From Treponema sp. (lineage in GTDB: Bacteria; Spirochaetota; Spirochaetia; Treponematales; Treponemataceae): a stretch of 64,000 bases of DNA. Position 1 is the stretch's first letter. Each line of letters opens with the position of its first letter. Where the stretch lies: the NCBI GenBank assembly GCA_024402695.1, contig JAKSTG010000015.1, positions 4,142 through 68,141 on the forward strand. Direction: 5' to 3'. Positions 38,680-47,068 of this stretch are shown one piece after another. The notes beneath the pieces were generated by a model. It was given only the letters and a program-made list of their open reading frames with translations, had not been told where the DNA came from and did not search any database. Both the position numbers and the translations under genes were made by a program.

Positions 38680-38687
38680 GAGTTAAA

Positions 38688-39461
38688 ATGAAAAACAAAC
38701 AGAGAAACGAACTTGCAGTATGCGGAATGTCTGCAGTAAAAAAACTTGAAAAGAAGCACAGCGATAGAATTCAGCGTCTTTACTTTACAGAAAAGAATGC
38801 ACCTCTTTTCGGAGGGCTTTGCAAGACTCTTGCAAAGAACAAAAGACCTTACAATATGGTGAAGGATGAGAAAGAACTGGAAAAACTGGCAGGTACAGTC
38901 CATCATCAGGGGGTTGTAGCCATGATCGATTTCCCTGAACTTACGCAGATTGATTCAGATATTATCCAGAATTGGGTTGAAAACAAGGAAGATGCTGTTT
39001 TTTTGGATCATATCGGAAATGCCAACAACTTTGGCGCCATCGTTCGTTCTGCGGTTTTCTTCGGAATCAAGAACATTATTATCCCTATGGATGAGGGACA
39101 GACCTTCATTACTACCAGTTCTTACCGAGTTGCGGAAGGGGGAATGGAATATGTGAATATTTACACTGTCGCCAATCCTGAAAAACTGCTGGCAGCTCTT
39201 AACGGAAAGATGTGCAAGATCGGGACATCACTTAAGGCTAAGAAAGATGTGAGTCAGATCAGAAAATCCGCAGGGGACAGACCCCTCCTTGTTATTTTGG
39301 GAAATGAAGAACATGGAATCAGCCGTGAAGTGGAAAAACTCTGTGACGAACTGGTGATTATTCCTTTTAGCGGTATGTCAGAAGGTTTCAAAGAACCTCT
39401 TGTAGAATCTCTCAACGTGGCTCAGGCCGCTTCGGTGATTTTCTATGAGATTATGAAATAG
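38688..39461 (+). CDS. TrmH/SpoU-family RNA 2'-O-methyltransferase
   Basis: SpoU substrate-binding N-terminus and the SpoU motifs NNFGAIVRSA, LVILGNEEHGIS and SLNVAQAASVIFYE. Confidence 0.9.
   Translation: MKNKQRNELAVCGMSAVKKLEKKHSDRIQRLYFTEKNAPLFGGLCKTLAKNKRPYNMVKDEKELEKLAGTVHHQGVVAMIDFPELTQIDSDIIQNWVENKEDAVFLDHIGNANNFGAIVRSAVFFGIKNIIIPMDEGQTFITTSSYRVAEGGMEYVNIYTVANPEKLLAALNGKMCKIGTSLKAKKDVSQIRKSAGDRPLLVILGNEEHGISREVEKLCDELVIIPFSGMSEGFKEPLVESLNVAQAASVIFYEIMK
39271..39288 (+). repeat. REP-like unit inside the TrmH-like CDS
   Basis: CAGGGGACAGACCCCTCC contains 15 consecutive nt identical to the repeat consensus (AGGGGACAGACCCCT). Here it is read as A-G-D-R-P-L. Confidence 0.7.
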
Positions 39462-39527
39462 TTTGCAAAAAAATCGACATTGCTGTAAAATGGAGATATT
39501 AGACATTTTTAACAAAAGGAGATAAAA

Positions 39528-39983
39528 ATGGGAAAGAAAAGCATGGGAACAATGAAACTTGTTGAACTTATCGGTTTCATTCTTGCAGTAGTGGGATTCT
39601 TCTGTCCAATGACAAAAGGAAAAATGTTCGGAACAAACGGCGGAAGCGGTCTGAACATGATCAAAAACCTGTTCAATAACAATGGAAATACATTCCAGGA
39701 AGTAATGGCTCTGCTTATTCTTGTATTTGCAGTTGCTGGGCTTGTTATCATTCTTGTAAAAGATGTAAAACTTTACAGCCTTGTATGTGCTATTGGTGGT
39801 GTAGTTTGTGGTGTTCTTTTCTACCTCAAATCAATCGGTGTATTTGATTCAGGAATCGCAAAGGGAGCTATCAAAGCTGTAAACAAAGTTGGTGGCGCTA
39901 TTGCAAAACCAGGAATCGGTATTTACCTTCTGTGCATTGGCTTCATCGTAGCCCTCGTTGGTGCACTTCTTAGAAAAGACTAA
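39528..39983 (+). CDS. hypothetical small membrane protein
   Basis: 151 aa with 4 predicted TM helices. A GGAGA RBS lies upstream. Confidence 0.7.
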   Translation: MGKKSMGTMKLVELIGFILAVVGFFCPMTKGKMFGTNGGSGLNMIKNLFNNNGNTFQEVMALLILVFAVAGLVIILVKDVKLYSLVCAIGGVVCGVLFYLKSIGVFDSGIAKGAIKAVNKVGGAIAKPGIGIYLLCIGFIVALVGALLRKD

Positions 39984-40002
39984 TTAAGTCATGACTAGTA
40001 TA

Positions 40003-40032
40003 AAAGCCGTCCGGAATCGGGCGGCTTTTTTG
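40003..40032 (+). terminator. intrinsic terminator
   Basis: AAAGCCGTCCG pairs with CGGGCGGCTTT, followed by TTTT. Confidence 0.7.
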
Positions 40033-40053
40033 TTTAACATTGAAGGCGGTGGA

Positions 40054-40161
40054 AGGGGGCAGATTGAAAAAGGGGACAGACCCCTTGGAAATACATTTCA
40101 ATGGGGACAGCCCCCTTGCGCTTTGATAACCGAGGGAAAAAATAGGGGTCTGTCCCCTCTG
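40054..40161. repeat. REP-like cluster 3 (3 copies plus one degenerate)
   Basis: 40067-40086 is AAAAGGGGACAGACCCCTT (F). 40101-40118 is ATGGGGACAGCCCCCTT (F variant). 40143-40161 is TAGGGGTCTGTCCCCTCTG (R). There is a degenerate AAGGGGGCAGAT at 40054. Confidence 0.9.
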
Positions 40162-40192
40162 TCATCCCTCATTTTTATGGTAAAATAGAGGT

Positions 40193-41548
40193 ATGCTTCG
40201 AAATTCCGGACATGCTGATCTTCCTCTTCATACAGGTGTGGTGCCAAAATGGCTGGCAGACCGCATGATGGTTACTGGAACACTCATAATCGAATCTATT
40301 ATCCGGAATTATGGAGTAGATGAGGCTTTGACCAGGCTCAGCGATCCGTTATGGTTTCAGAGTTTTGGTGCGGTCATGGGAATGGACTGGCACAGTTCCG
40401 GCATTACCACCAGCGTCATGTATGCGTTGAAACGGGGATTAAATCCAAGGGCTGAAGAGCTGGGACTTTACGTTTGCGGCGGAAGAGGCCGCTATTCCCG
40501 CCAGACTCCGGATGAACTTCTAGAATATGGGGAACGGACTGGGATTAATGGGGATGAGTTTGTCCGCGACTCAAACCTGGTGGCTAAAATAGACAATAAT
40601 GCGGTGCAGGACGGATTTCAGCTTTATCAGCATAATTTTATCCTTTCAAATACGGGAAACTGGGCTGTCGTTCAGCAGGGAATGAACGGGACTACACGAA
40701 CGGCCCGTCGTTATCACTGGTGTTCTTCAGATTTACGTTCATTCATAGAAGAACCTCATAAAGGCGTTGTAGGAAACAATCAGGGACTTATTCTGAATCT
40801 TACAGACAAGGGCGCTGATAAAACCCGCGGAAGCATTCTTGAACTGAGTTGCGAAGATCCGGAACGGATCCTTAAAGAAATTGGCGTCATGGCAAAGCCA
40901 GAAAATGAGATTATTCTTTTAAGTGGCGGGAAATCTGTCCCTATTAAGAAAAAATCGGCACTGGCACCGATTCCGGGACAGGGAGAACTTTTCCCTGAGC
41001 TGGCTTCTATGCCTCCAACTGAAGTTGAAAAAATCCCTGGACCGGGAGATAAAATGGTCGTTGTTCAGAACAAGGGGCGCAACATTGTCATGCCTGCCCA
41101 TCATGAGGTTCTTGCACAGGATGTGGATTTGAAGCGGCTTGGCGGAGTTCTTGCCACCGCCTATGAAACTCAGCCTAAGGATTTTGAAAGTCTTATGCTT
41201 ACTCCGGGGCTCGGTCCGCGTACTCTTCAAAGTCTGACTCTTGTAAGTGAAGTTATTTATGGAACTCCAAGCCGTTTTACGGATCCAGCCAGGTTCAGTT
41301 TTGCCCATGGTGGCAAGGACGGACATCCTTTCCCTGTGCCTCTTAAAGTTTATGATGAGTCGATTCGGGTTCTTCAGGACAGTATCGAGAAATCAAAACT
41401 CGGATATAACGAAAAATCAGACTGTTTGCGTCGACTTCACAACACTGCGATGTATGTTGAACAGAACTGTCAGCCGGAAGTTGATTTCGAAAAGGCCATT
41501 CTTTACGAAAAAGGCATGTCTGACACCTGGGACGGCAGAACCTGTTAG
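40193..41548 (+). CDS. DUF763 domain protein
   Basis: The N-terminus ADLPLHTGVVPKWL...MDWHSSGITTSV matches my recollection of the DUF763 family. The function is unknown. Confidence 0.75.
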   Translation: MLRNSGHADLPLHTGVVPKWLADRMMVTGTLIIESIIRNYGVDEALTRLSDPLWFQSFGAVMGMDWHSSGITTSVMYALKRGLNPRAEELGLYVCGGRGRYSRQTPDELLEYGERTGINGDEFVRDSNLVAKIDNNAVQDGFQLYQHNFILSNTGNWAVVQQGMNGTTRTARRYHWCSSDLRSFIEEPHKGVVGNNQGLILNLTDKGADKTRGSILELSCEDPERILKEIGVMAKPENEIILLSGGKSVPIKKKSALAPIPGQGELFPELASMPPTEVEKIPGPGDKMVVVQNKGRNIVMPAHHEVLAQDVDLKRLGGVLATAYETQPKDFESLMLTPGLGPRTLQSLTLVSEVIYGTPSRFTDPARFSFAHGGKDGHPFPVPLKVYDESIRVLQDSIEKSKLGYNEKSDCLRRLHNTAMYVEQNCQPEVDFEKAILYEKGMSDTWDGRTC

Positions 41549-41670
41549 TTTTTACACTATTTCTTCAATTTAATTGTGATTTAAACAACCTGTTTTTACT
41601 ATTCAACAGGCCGAATTTTAGGTAAAATATCTTAGTTAAAATCTTTAAATTTCTAAAAGGAGTTCTTTTT

Positions 41671-42621
41671 ATGAAAAAATCACTTCTCGTAGTGGTAGCT
41701 GCAGTGGCAATGCTGACAGGCTGCGCAAAACAGAACAACAAAAACTACATCCTGGCAACTGGTGGTACATCAGGTACTTACTATCCGTTCGGTGGTGCAA
41801 TGGCACAGATCTGGAATGAAGGAATCGAAGGAATGAACGTTACAGCACAGGCAACAGGTGCTTCTGCTGAAAACCTTCGTCTCATTTCAAACGGTGAAGC
41901 TGAATTCGCTACAGTTCAGAATGACGTTATGGATTATGCTTACAACGGATCAGACATGTTTGAAGGAAAGGCTCTCGCAAACCTGGCAACAATCGGTACT
42001 CTTTATCCTGAAGTAGTTCAGATTGCAGTATCAGCTGATTCAAAAATCAATACAATCGATGATTTCCGCGGAAAACGCATTTCTGTAGGTGATGCAGGTT
42101 CAGGAGTTGAATTCAACGCAAAACAGATTCTTGAAGGATACGGAATCTCATTCAGCGATTTCCAGAAAGCAAACCTTTCTTTCAAAGAATCAGCAGAAGG
42201 AATCCAGAACGGAACTCTTGATGGATGTTTCGTAACAGCCGGTGTTCCAAACGCCGCTCTTCAGGAACTTGCTTTCACAAAAGGTGTAAAACTGATTTCT
42301 GTTGATGCTGAACACGCAAAGAAAATCGCTGCAAAATACAGCTTCTACACTGTAGAAACAATTCCTGCAGGAACTTACAAAGGAACAGACGAAGATGTAA
42401 CTGCTCTTGCAATCAAAGCAACTCTTGCTGTAAGTGCAAAACTCGATACAGACACAGTTTACCAGATGACAAAAACACTTTTTGAAAACCTGGATAAACT
42501 TGGTGCCGCACACGCAAAGGGAAAAGAAGTAACTGCAGCTAAAGCCGTAACAGGTTGTTCAGTTCCATTCCACCCAGGTGCTGCAAAATATTTCAAAGAA
42601 ATCGGTTACGACGTAAACTAA
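41671..42621 (+). CDS. TAXI-family TRAP transporter solute-binding lipoprotein
   Basis: Lipobox LTGC and the motif GGTSGTYYPFGGAMAQ characteristic of TAXI receptors. Confidence 0.9.
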   Translation: MKKSLLVVVAAVAMLTGCAKQNNKNYILATGGTSGTYYPFGGAMAQIWNEGIEGMNVTAQATGASAENLRLISNGEAEFATVQNDVMDYAYNGSDMFEGKALANLATIGTLYPEVVQIAVSADSKINTIDDFRGKRISVGDAGSGVEFNAKQILEGYGISFSDFQKANLSFKESAEGIQNGTLDGCFVTAGVPNAALQELAFTKGVKLISVDAEHAKKIAAKYSFYTVETIPAGTYKGTDEDVTALAIKATLAVSAKLDTDTVYQMTKTLFENLDKLGAAHAKGKEVTAAKAVTGCSVPFHPGAAKYFKEIGYDVN

Positions 42622-42646
42622 GAAATATGTAATAACGGGTGATAAT

Positions 42647-42723
42647 AGGGAGGGAGCCCCCTCCCTGGTCGCAACCCGCTTTGCGGTTTGCTCCACACCC
42701 ACCCCAGCGGGGGATTCCCCCGC
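42647..42723 (+). other. three consecutive GC-rich hairpins between the SBP gene and the DUF1850 gene
   Basis: AGGGAGGG-AGCC-CCCTCCCT (42647-42666), GCAACCCGC-TTT-GCGGTTTGC (42671-42691), and GCGGGGG-ATT-CCCCCGC (42707-42723). None is followed by a T-run. Confidence 0.7.
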
Positions 42724-42736
42724 AACACCCCCTGTT

Positions 42737-43306
42737 ATGTCTGACGAAAAACCAAAACTTACAGTAAAAGCTTATGTTTGCATCTTTCTCTGGGTTTTCC
42801 TCTGCGGGGGATTATTTGTTCCATGTGTAAATATGGTTACAGTCTGTAACCGGAAAAAAACAGCACAAAAAGTTTATTCCAGAGAAGCTGCCGTTAACGG
42901 GTTCGTTATCTCATACACACATTCAGTGAACAAGGGTCGGGTTCACGATTTCTATGAAATCAAAAAAGACGGCTCATTGAATTTATATCAGACAGAATTT
43001 GTTTCCTACGGGGCGGGAATTCCTGAACCGGAAGAAACTGCCGGGGCTGTTTTCACAGTAACTGAAACCGGCTATGTCATTTCAAATTTGAACAGAAACT
43101 TGAAAGAACTGGTGATGGCTGTTGGAGTCATTGCGGATCATTCAATAAAAATAAATTGCGACGGGGCAGAGGAAGTGATGTTGAACACTTTGTTTGCTCC
43201 GCAGACCAGTCTTCGTATTGAAAATACGAAGATCAGCCTTTGGGATTATGTAAAATATCTTATAAATAGAAATCTGAAAAAAGGAGGCCCATTCCAAAAT
43301 GGATGA
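42737..43306 (+). CDS. DUF1850 domain protein (TAXI-TRAP accessory)
   Basis: Contains THSVNKGRVHDFYEI...YGAGIP, in the usual position between the TAXI receptor and the fused permease. No clear SD, so the start is uncertain. Confidence 0.8.
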   Translation: MSDEKPKLTVKAYVCIFLWVFLCGGLFVPCVNMVTVCNRKKTAQKVYSREAAVNGFVISYTHSVNKGRVHDFYEIKKDGSLNLYQTEFVSYGAGIPEPEETAGAVFTVTETGYVISNLNRNLKELVMAVGVIADHSIKINCDGAEEVMLNTLFAPQTSLRIENTKISLWDYVKYLINRNLKKGGPFQNG

Positions 43307-45329
43307 AAACAAAACTGAAGTAACAGAAGACGCTGTTGCAAAAGGTAATCCTGCACTTGAAAGCATGATGCCGACTACTAACGAAGAAGAAATGCAGAAT
43401 CTTATGAAGGAACTGGACCGTGAGCAGTCTTATCGTGAACATACCTGCTGGCGCCAGTACATAACTGTAATCATTTCAGTATGCTTCTGTGCCTTCCAGC
43501 TTTACGCAACTCTTTCGGGAAGAGTTACCGCACAGATTCTCCGTGCAAGTCATCTGGCTTTTGTTCAGTTGCTGGCATTCCTGCTTTTTCCTGCCACAAA
43601 GAAAATGGCAAAAAACACACTGCCATGGTATGACGTTCTTCTTGGAATTATCGGTGCCGCCTGTTGGCTTTATATTGTAATCAACTTCCAGCAGATTGCC
43701 CGCCGTACAGGAGCCTTCACTCTAACAGATGTAATTATAGGTGGAATCGGTATACTTGTTCTTTTCGAAAGCTGTCGCCGTATCGTAGGTATTCCTATCG
43801 CAGTCATTGCCGCAGTATTTATTCTTTATGCCTTTGTGGGGCCATACCTCCCGGGCTTCCTGAATCACCGCGGTTATTCATTGAGACGTGTTATTACCCA
43901 TCTCTTCTATAATACAGAAGGAATTATGGGGACTCCTATTGGTGCCTGTTCTACCTTTATTTTCCTTTTCCTTCTTTTCGGTGCTCTTCTGGATAAGACA
44001 GGAATCGGTCAGTTCTTTATTGATGCCTGTAACGCAATTGCGGGTGGTGCTTCGGGGGGACCTGCAAAAGTTGCAGTTCTTTCTTCGGCACTTCTGGGAA
44101 CTGTTTCAGGCTCTTCTGTTTCCAACACTGTAGGATCTGGAAGTTTCACAATCCCGATGATGAAGAAACTTGGCTATAAACCTGCCTTTGCAGGAGCTGT
44201 AGAAGCTGCTGCTTCAACAGGCGGTCAGCTTATGCCACCTATTATGGGTGCCGCAGCTTTCCTTATGGCTGAAAGCCTTGGTATGCCTTATCTTACTGTA
44301 GTAAAGGCAGCCGTCATTCCGGCTCTTCTTTATTTCACTGGTATTTTCATTACAGTTCATCTTGAGGCAAAGAAATTGGGACTTCAGGGACTCCCAAAAG
44401 ACCAGCTTCCCAAATTCTGGCCTCTGTTCCTTAAAAAAGGATACATGATGCTTCCTCTTGTCGTAATCATCGTGTTCCTGTGCAGCGGAAAAACTGCTGT
44501 ATTCGCAGCCCTTATGGGTATCGTTGCCTGTATCGTAATCGGAATGGCAACAAGTTTCGTTGATCTTGCTATGGGGCGTAAACCATCTTTCGGTCTCAAA
44601 GATATTATCGAAGTGATGTGTACTGCAGCCCGCAACACAATCAGTGTAGCTATTGCCTGTGCCATGGCAGGTATCATTATCGGTGTCGTAACACTTACTG
44701 GTATCGGTCTTAAGTTTGCTGCAGGTCTCATTTCGATTTCCCACGGAATCGCTTTCATCACTCTGCTCCTTACAATGGTTTCTTCAATCATTCTTGGTAT
44801 GGGAGCTCCTACAACTGCAAACTATCTGATCACATCAACAATCACTGCGGGTGCTATTATTGGTCTCGGTTATCAGCCTCTGGCAGCCCATATGTTTGCT
44901 TTTTACTTCGGTATCATCGCTGACATCACACCTCCGGTTGCTCTTGCCGCTATTGCAGGTGCTGCCATCGCCAAGGCTCGTCCAATTGAGACCGCACTTA
45001 ACGCAACCAAGCTTGCCATCGGTGCTTTCATTATTCCGTATATTTTTGTATTCAGTCCTCAGCTTCTGATGATTGATACAACGATTGGAAGTCTTCTTTG
45101 GATTACTCTTACAGCTCTCATCGGTATGTTTGCTATCAGTGCTGCCCTTGAAGGCTGGATTGTAGGAAAAGTTCATTGGCCTTTCAGAATCCTTTTTGCT
45201 GGGGCCGGACTCCTGTGTATTGTGCCTGAAAACAAATCGGACATTGCGGGGCTCATTCTTGTAGTTGTTCTTGTTGCTCTGAATGTGCTTTTTGCAAAGC
45301 TCGGTCGGAAGAAGGCTGTTGCTGAGTAG
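43299..45329 (+). CDS. TRAP transporter fused permease (TAXI type)
   Basis: 676-aa polytopic protein. It overlaps the DUF1850 gene by 8 nt. Confidence 0.9.
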   Translation: MDENKTEVTEDAVAKGNPALESMMPTTNEEEMQNLMKELDREQSYREHTCWRQYITVIISVCFCAFQLYATLSGRVTAQILRASHLAFVQLLAFLLFPATKKMAKNTLPWYDVLLGIIGAACWLYIVINFQQIARRTGAFTLTDVIIGGIGILVLFESCRRIVGIPIAVIAAVFILYAFVGPYLPGFLNHRGYSLRRVITHLFYNTEGIMGTPIGACSTFIFLFLLFGALLDKTGIGQFFIDACNAIAGGASGGPAKVAVLSSALLGTVSGSSVSNTVGSGSFTIPMMKKLGYKPAFAGAVEAAASTGGQLMPPIMGAAAFLMAESLGMPYLTVVKAAVIPALLYFTGIFITVHLEAKKLGLQGLPKDQLPKFWPLFLKKGYMMLPLVVIIVFLCSGKTAVFAALMGIVACIVIGMATSFVDLAMGRKPSFGLKDIIEVMCTAARNTISVAIACAMAGIIIGVVTLTGIGLKFAAGLISISHGIAFITLLLTMVSSIILGMGAPTTANYLITSTITAGAIIGLGYQPLAAHMFAFYFGIIADITPPVALAAIAGAAIAKARPIETALNATKLAIGAFIIPYIFVFSPQLLMIDTTIGSLLWITLTALIGMFAISAALEGWIVGKVHWPFRILFAGAGLLCIVPENKSDIAGLILVVVLVALNVLFAKLGRKKAVAE

Positions 45330-45365
45330 AATATAATAGCTTGATTTTAGGTTGAGTTTAGAATG

Positions 45366-45415
45366 AAGGGGTCTGTCCCCTCTGTTATAACAGTAACAGA
45401 GGGGACAGACCCCTT
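45366..45415 (+). terminator. inverted REP pair forming the intrinsic terminator of the TRAP operon
   Basis: AAGGGGTCTGTCCCCTCTGTTA, loop TAACAG, then TAACAGAGGGGACAGACCCCTT followed by a 6-T run. This gives a perfect 22-bp stem built from one R copy and one F copy. Confidence 0.8.
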
Positions 45416-45508
45416 TTTTTGATGTTTATCGGCCTTTTTCTTTTTGCTCTTCTTTTATTAAAGTTTTGTAACATTGATTTCTTAATAGATCGGTTATGAC
45501 AGTTCTTT

Positions 45509-46258
45509 TTAAGCTTTTGAGATTATTGTTCTAGGAAAACCGGTTATTCTACTGATTTGAGAGATTGAGAAGTGATGTTCTTTTAGGAGATGAAGCTGCG
45601 TTATTTGTTCATTTAAGGGAAAGGTTTTTATTATATTTAGGTTTGTTATGTTAAGTAAATTTTGAATAATTAGTTTTGCTCTGTCATCGCTATAAAATGG
45701 TTTATTTTCATATTCCATATATTCTTGCTTATCATAAGCGTTAAGAAACGTATAAATTGCATTTTTACTTCCAAATATGGAATAAAGAAAGTCTGTTTTT
45801 ATTGTTACGGGATTGTTTGCTTGTGTCAGTTCTTTGTAACTGCTCCATATATAATCCTGCATATTGCAGATTTTTGCTTTTTCTGGATTCTTGAGAATAT
45901 AACGTAATACATTTTTCAGATAAATTTCATCTTCTACAGGTTCACTTTTGAACCTTCCCTGGAAAAGATGCCCACTGCAATCATATTTATGATTAAAAAA
46001 ATATACATAGCTGTTTGCCAGTTTCTGAACAAACAGGCTGAGGTCTTTTTTGGGTGTGTTCCCGAGCAAAATATGCACATGGTTTTGCATGAGACAATAG
46101 GCGTAGATGTGAATTTCAAGCTGATTTGCATACTTACGTATCCGGTTAATGAAAAAATGCCGGTCAGCATCATCATAGAAAATCGATTGTTTGTTATTGC
46201 CCCGCATGATTATATGATAGATCTGCGATCTTGCTTCTTTTCTGGGTTTTCTAGCCAT
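45509..46258 (-). CDS. IS200/Y1 HUH transposase-like protein (RAYT-like, COG1943) with a C-terminal HTH
   Basis: HUH motif in YAYCLMQNHVHILLG, catalytic Tyr region VLRYILKNPEKAKI, and GHLFQGRFKS between them. The C-terminal SISQISRITGFPRTIISKA resembles a DnaA-C-type HTH. Confidence 0.85.
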   Translation of the reverse strand: MARKPRKEARSQIYHIIMRGNNKQSIFYDDADRHFFINRIRKYANQLEIHIYAYCLMQNHVHILLGNTPKKDLSLFVQKLANSYVYFFNHKYDCSGHLFQGRFKSEPVEDEIYLKNVLRYILKNPEKAKICNMQDYIWSSYKELTQANNPVTIKTDFLYSIFGSKNAIYTFLNAYDKQEYMEYENKPFYSDDRAKLIIQNLLNITNLNIIKTFPLNEQITQLHLLKEHHFSISQISRITGFPRTIISKA

Positions 46259-46334
46259 ATTATTCCTTGATTATAGAATTGCTCAAAATTTACAAAAAAG
46301 GAAAAAGTGTGCGGAAAAAAGAGGGGAATCATTA

Positions 46335-46350
46335 AAAAGGGGACAGACCT
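46335..46350. repeat. degenerate REP-like copy upstream of the RAYT gene
   Basis: AAAAGGGGACAGACCT, in F orientation, with the 3' half of the palindrome eroded. Confidence 0.6.
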
Positions 46351-46438
46351 ATCTTTTACATCGTTCAGATTTCCTTGACGATTTTACTACTTGGACTTAA
46401 AATATATTGAAGTTCTAAAGTGGGGTTTCATTTTTTCC

Positions 46439-46969
46439 ATGAACAGTTCGACCTTGAATAATCAGATAATCAACAGGCTTTTAACAAGCTTTAAGTCCTA
46501 CTACAATATTATTCCATTTGATGGGGAACCATATCTTGTAGCTCGCTGTGATTATTTTGAAAAATCAGAACGATTCATGGTATCCAAAAAAGCGAATCTC
46601 TGGAGTGCTAATGCAGAAGAGTTTATTTATCTTTTCTATGCACCGGAACTTACAGAACAAATCTATGATGAATGCATGAAATATGTAGCAGAAGCATGGC
46701 CAAAAGAAGCCCATATTGGACCTGACCACATGTACACATATGTTACCCCAATTTTTGTGTGCGATTCTTATGAAAAAGCTGTTGCAAAGAAAATAAAAAA
46801 GTGCAGAATCTACAAATCATTCAAATTTTCTTTTCATGGATGGATGGAATACCATACAGCCTTAGTATGCTTTAAGGCTGAGGATGAGCGAAAAAATTGG
46901 ACATTGCTCAGTAATTCCCGTGGCAACTGTGTAAAGAAAATGATTTTGAAAGTGCTGGATATAAAATAG
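46439..46969 (+). CDS. hypothetical protein
   Basis: The ORF is open from 46391 (TTG). The first ATG is at 46439. There is no good SD at either site, and no family was recognised. The gene lies between REP copies in an AT-rich stretch. Confidence 0.55.
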   Translation: MNSSTLNNQIINRLLTSFKSYYNIIPFDGEPYLVARCDYFEKSERFMVSKKANLWSANAEEFIYLFYAPELTEQIYDECMKYVAEAWPKEAHIGPDHMYTYVTPIFVCDSYEKAVAKKIKKCRIYKSFKFSFHGWMEYHTALVCFKAEDERKNWTLLSNSRGNCVKKMILKVLDIK

Positions 46970-47022
46970 GCACATGCAGTCTGCGTTGCAGACTTCAATA
47001 TACTGGGATTTCTTAATTTAGA

Positions 47023-47041
47023 TAGGGGTCTGTCCCCTCTG
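47023..47041. repeat. REP-like copy (R) just upstream of cstA
   Basis: TAGGGGTCTGTCCCCTCTG, 28 nt before the cstA ATG. Confidence 0.9.
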
Positions 47042-47068
47042 AAATAAGAATTCCTTAGGAGATTTTTT

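Larger units (their letters stand above)
45366..46350 (-). mobile_element. RAYT-type transposase gene with flanking REP copies
   Basis: The transposase CDS (45509-46258) is bracketed by the R+F pair at 45366-45415 and a degenerate F copy at 46335-46350. The interval is visibly more AT-rich than its neighbours. Confidence 0.65.
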
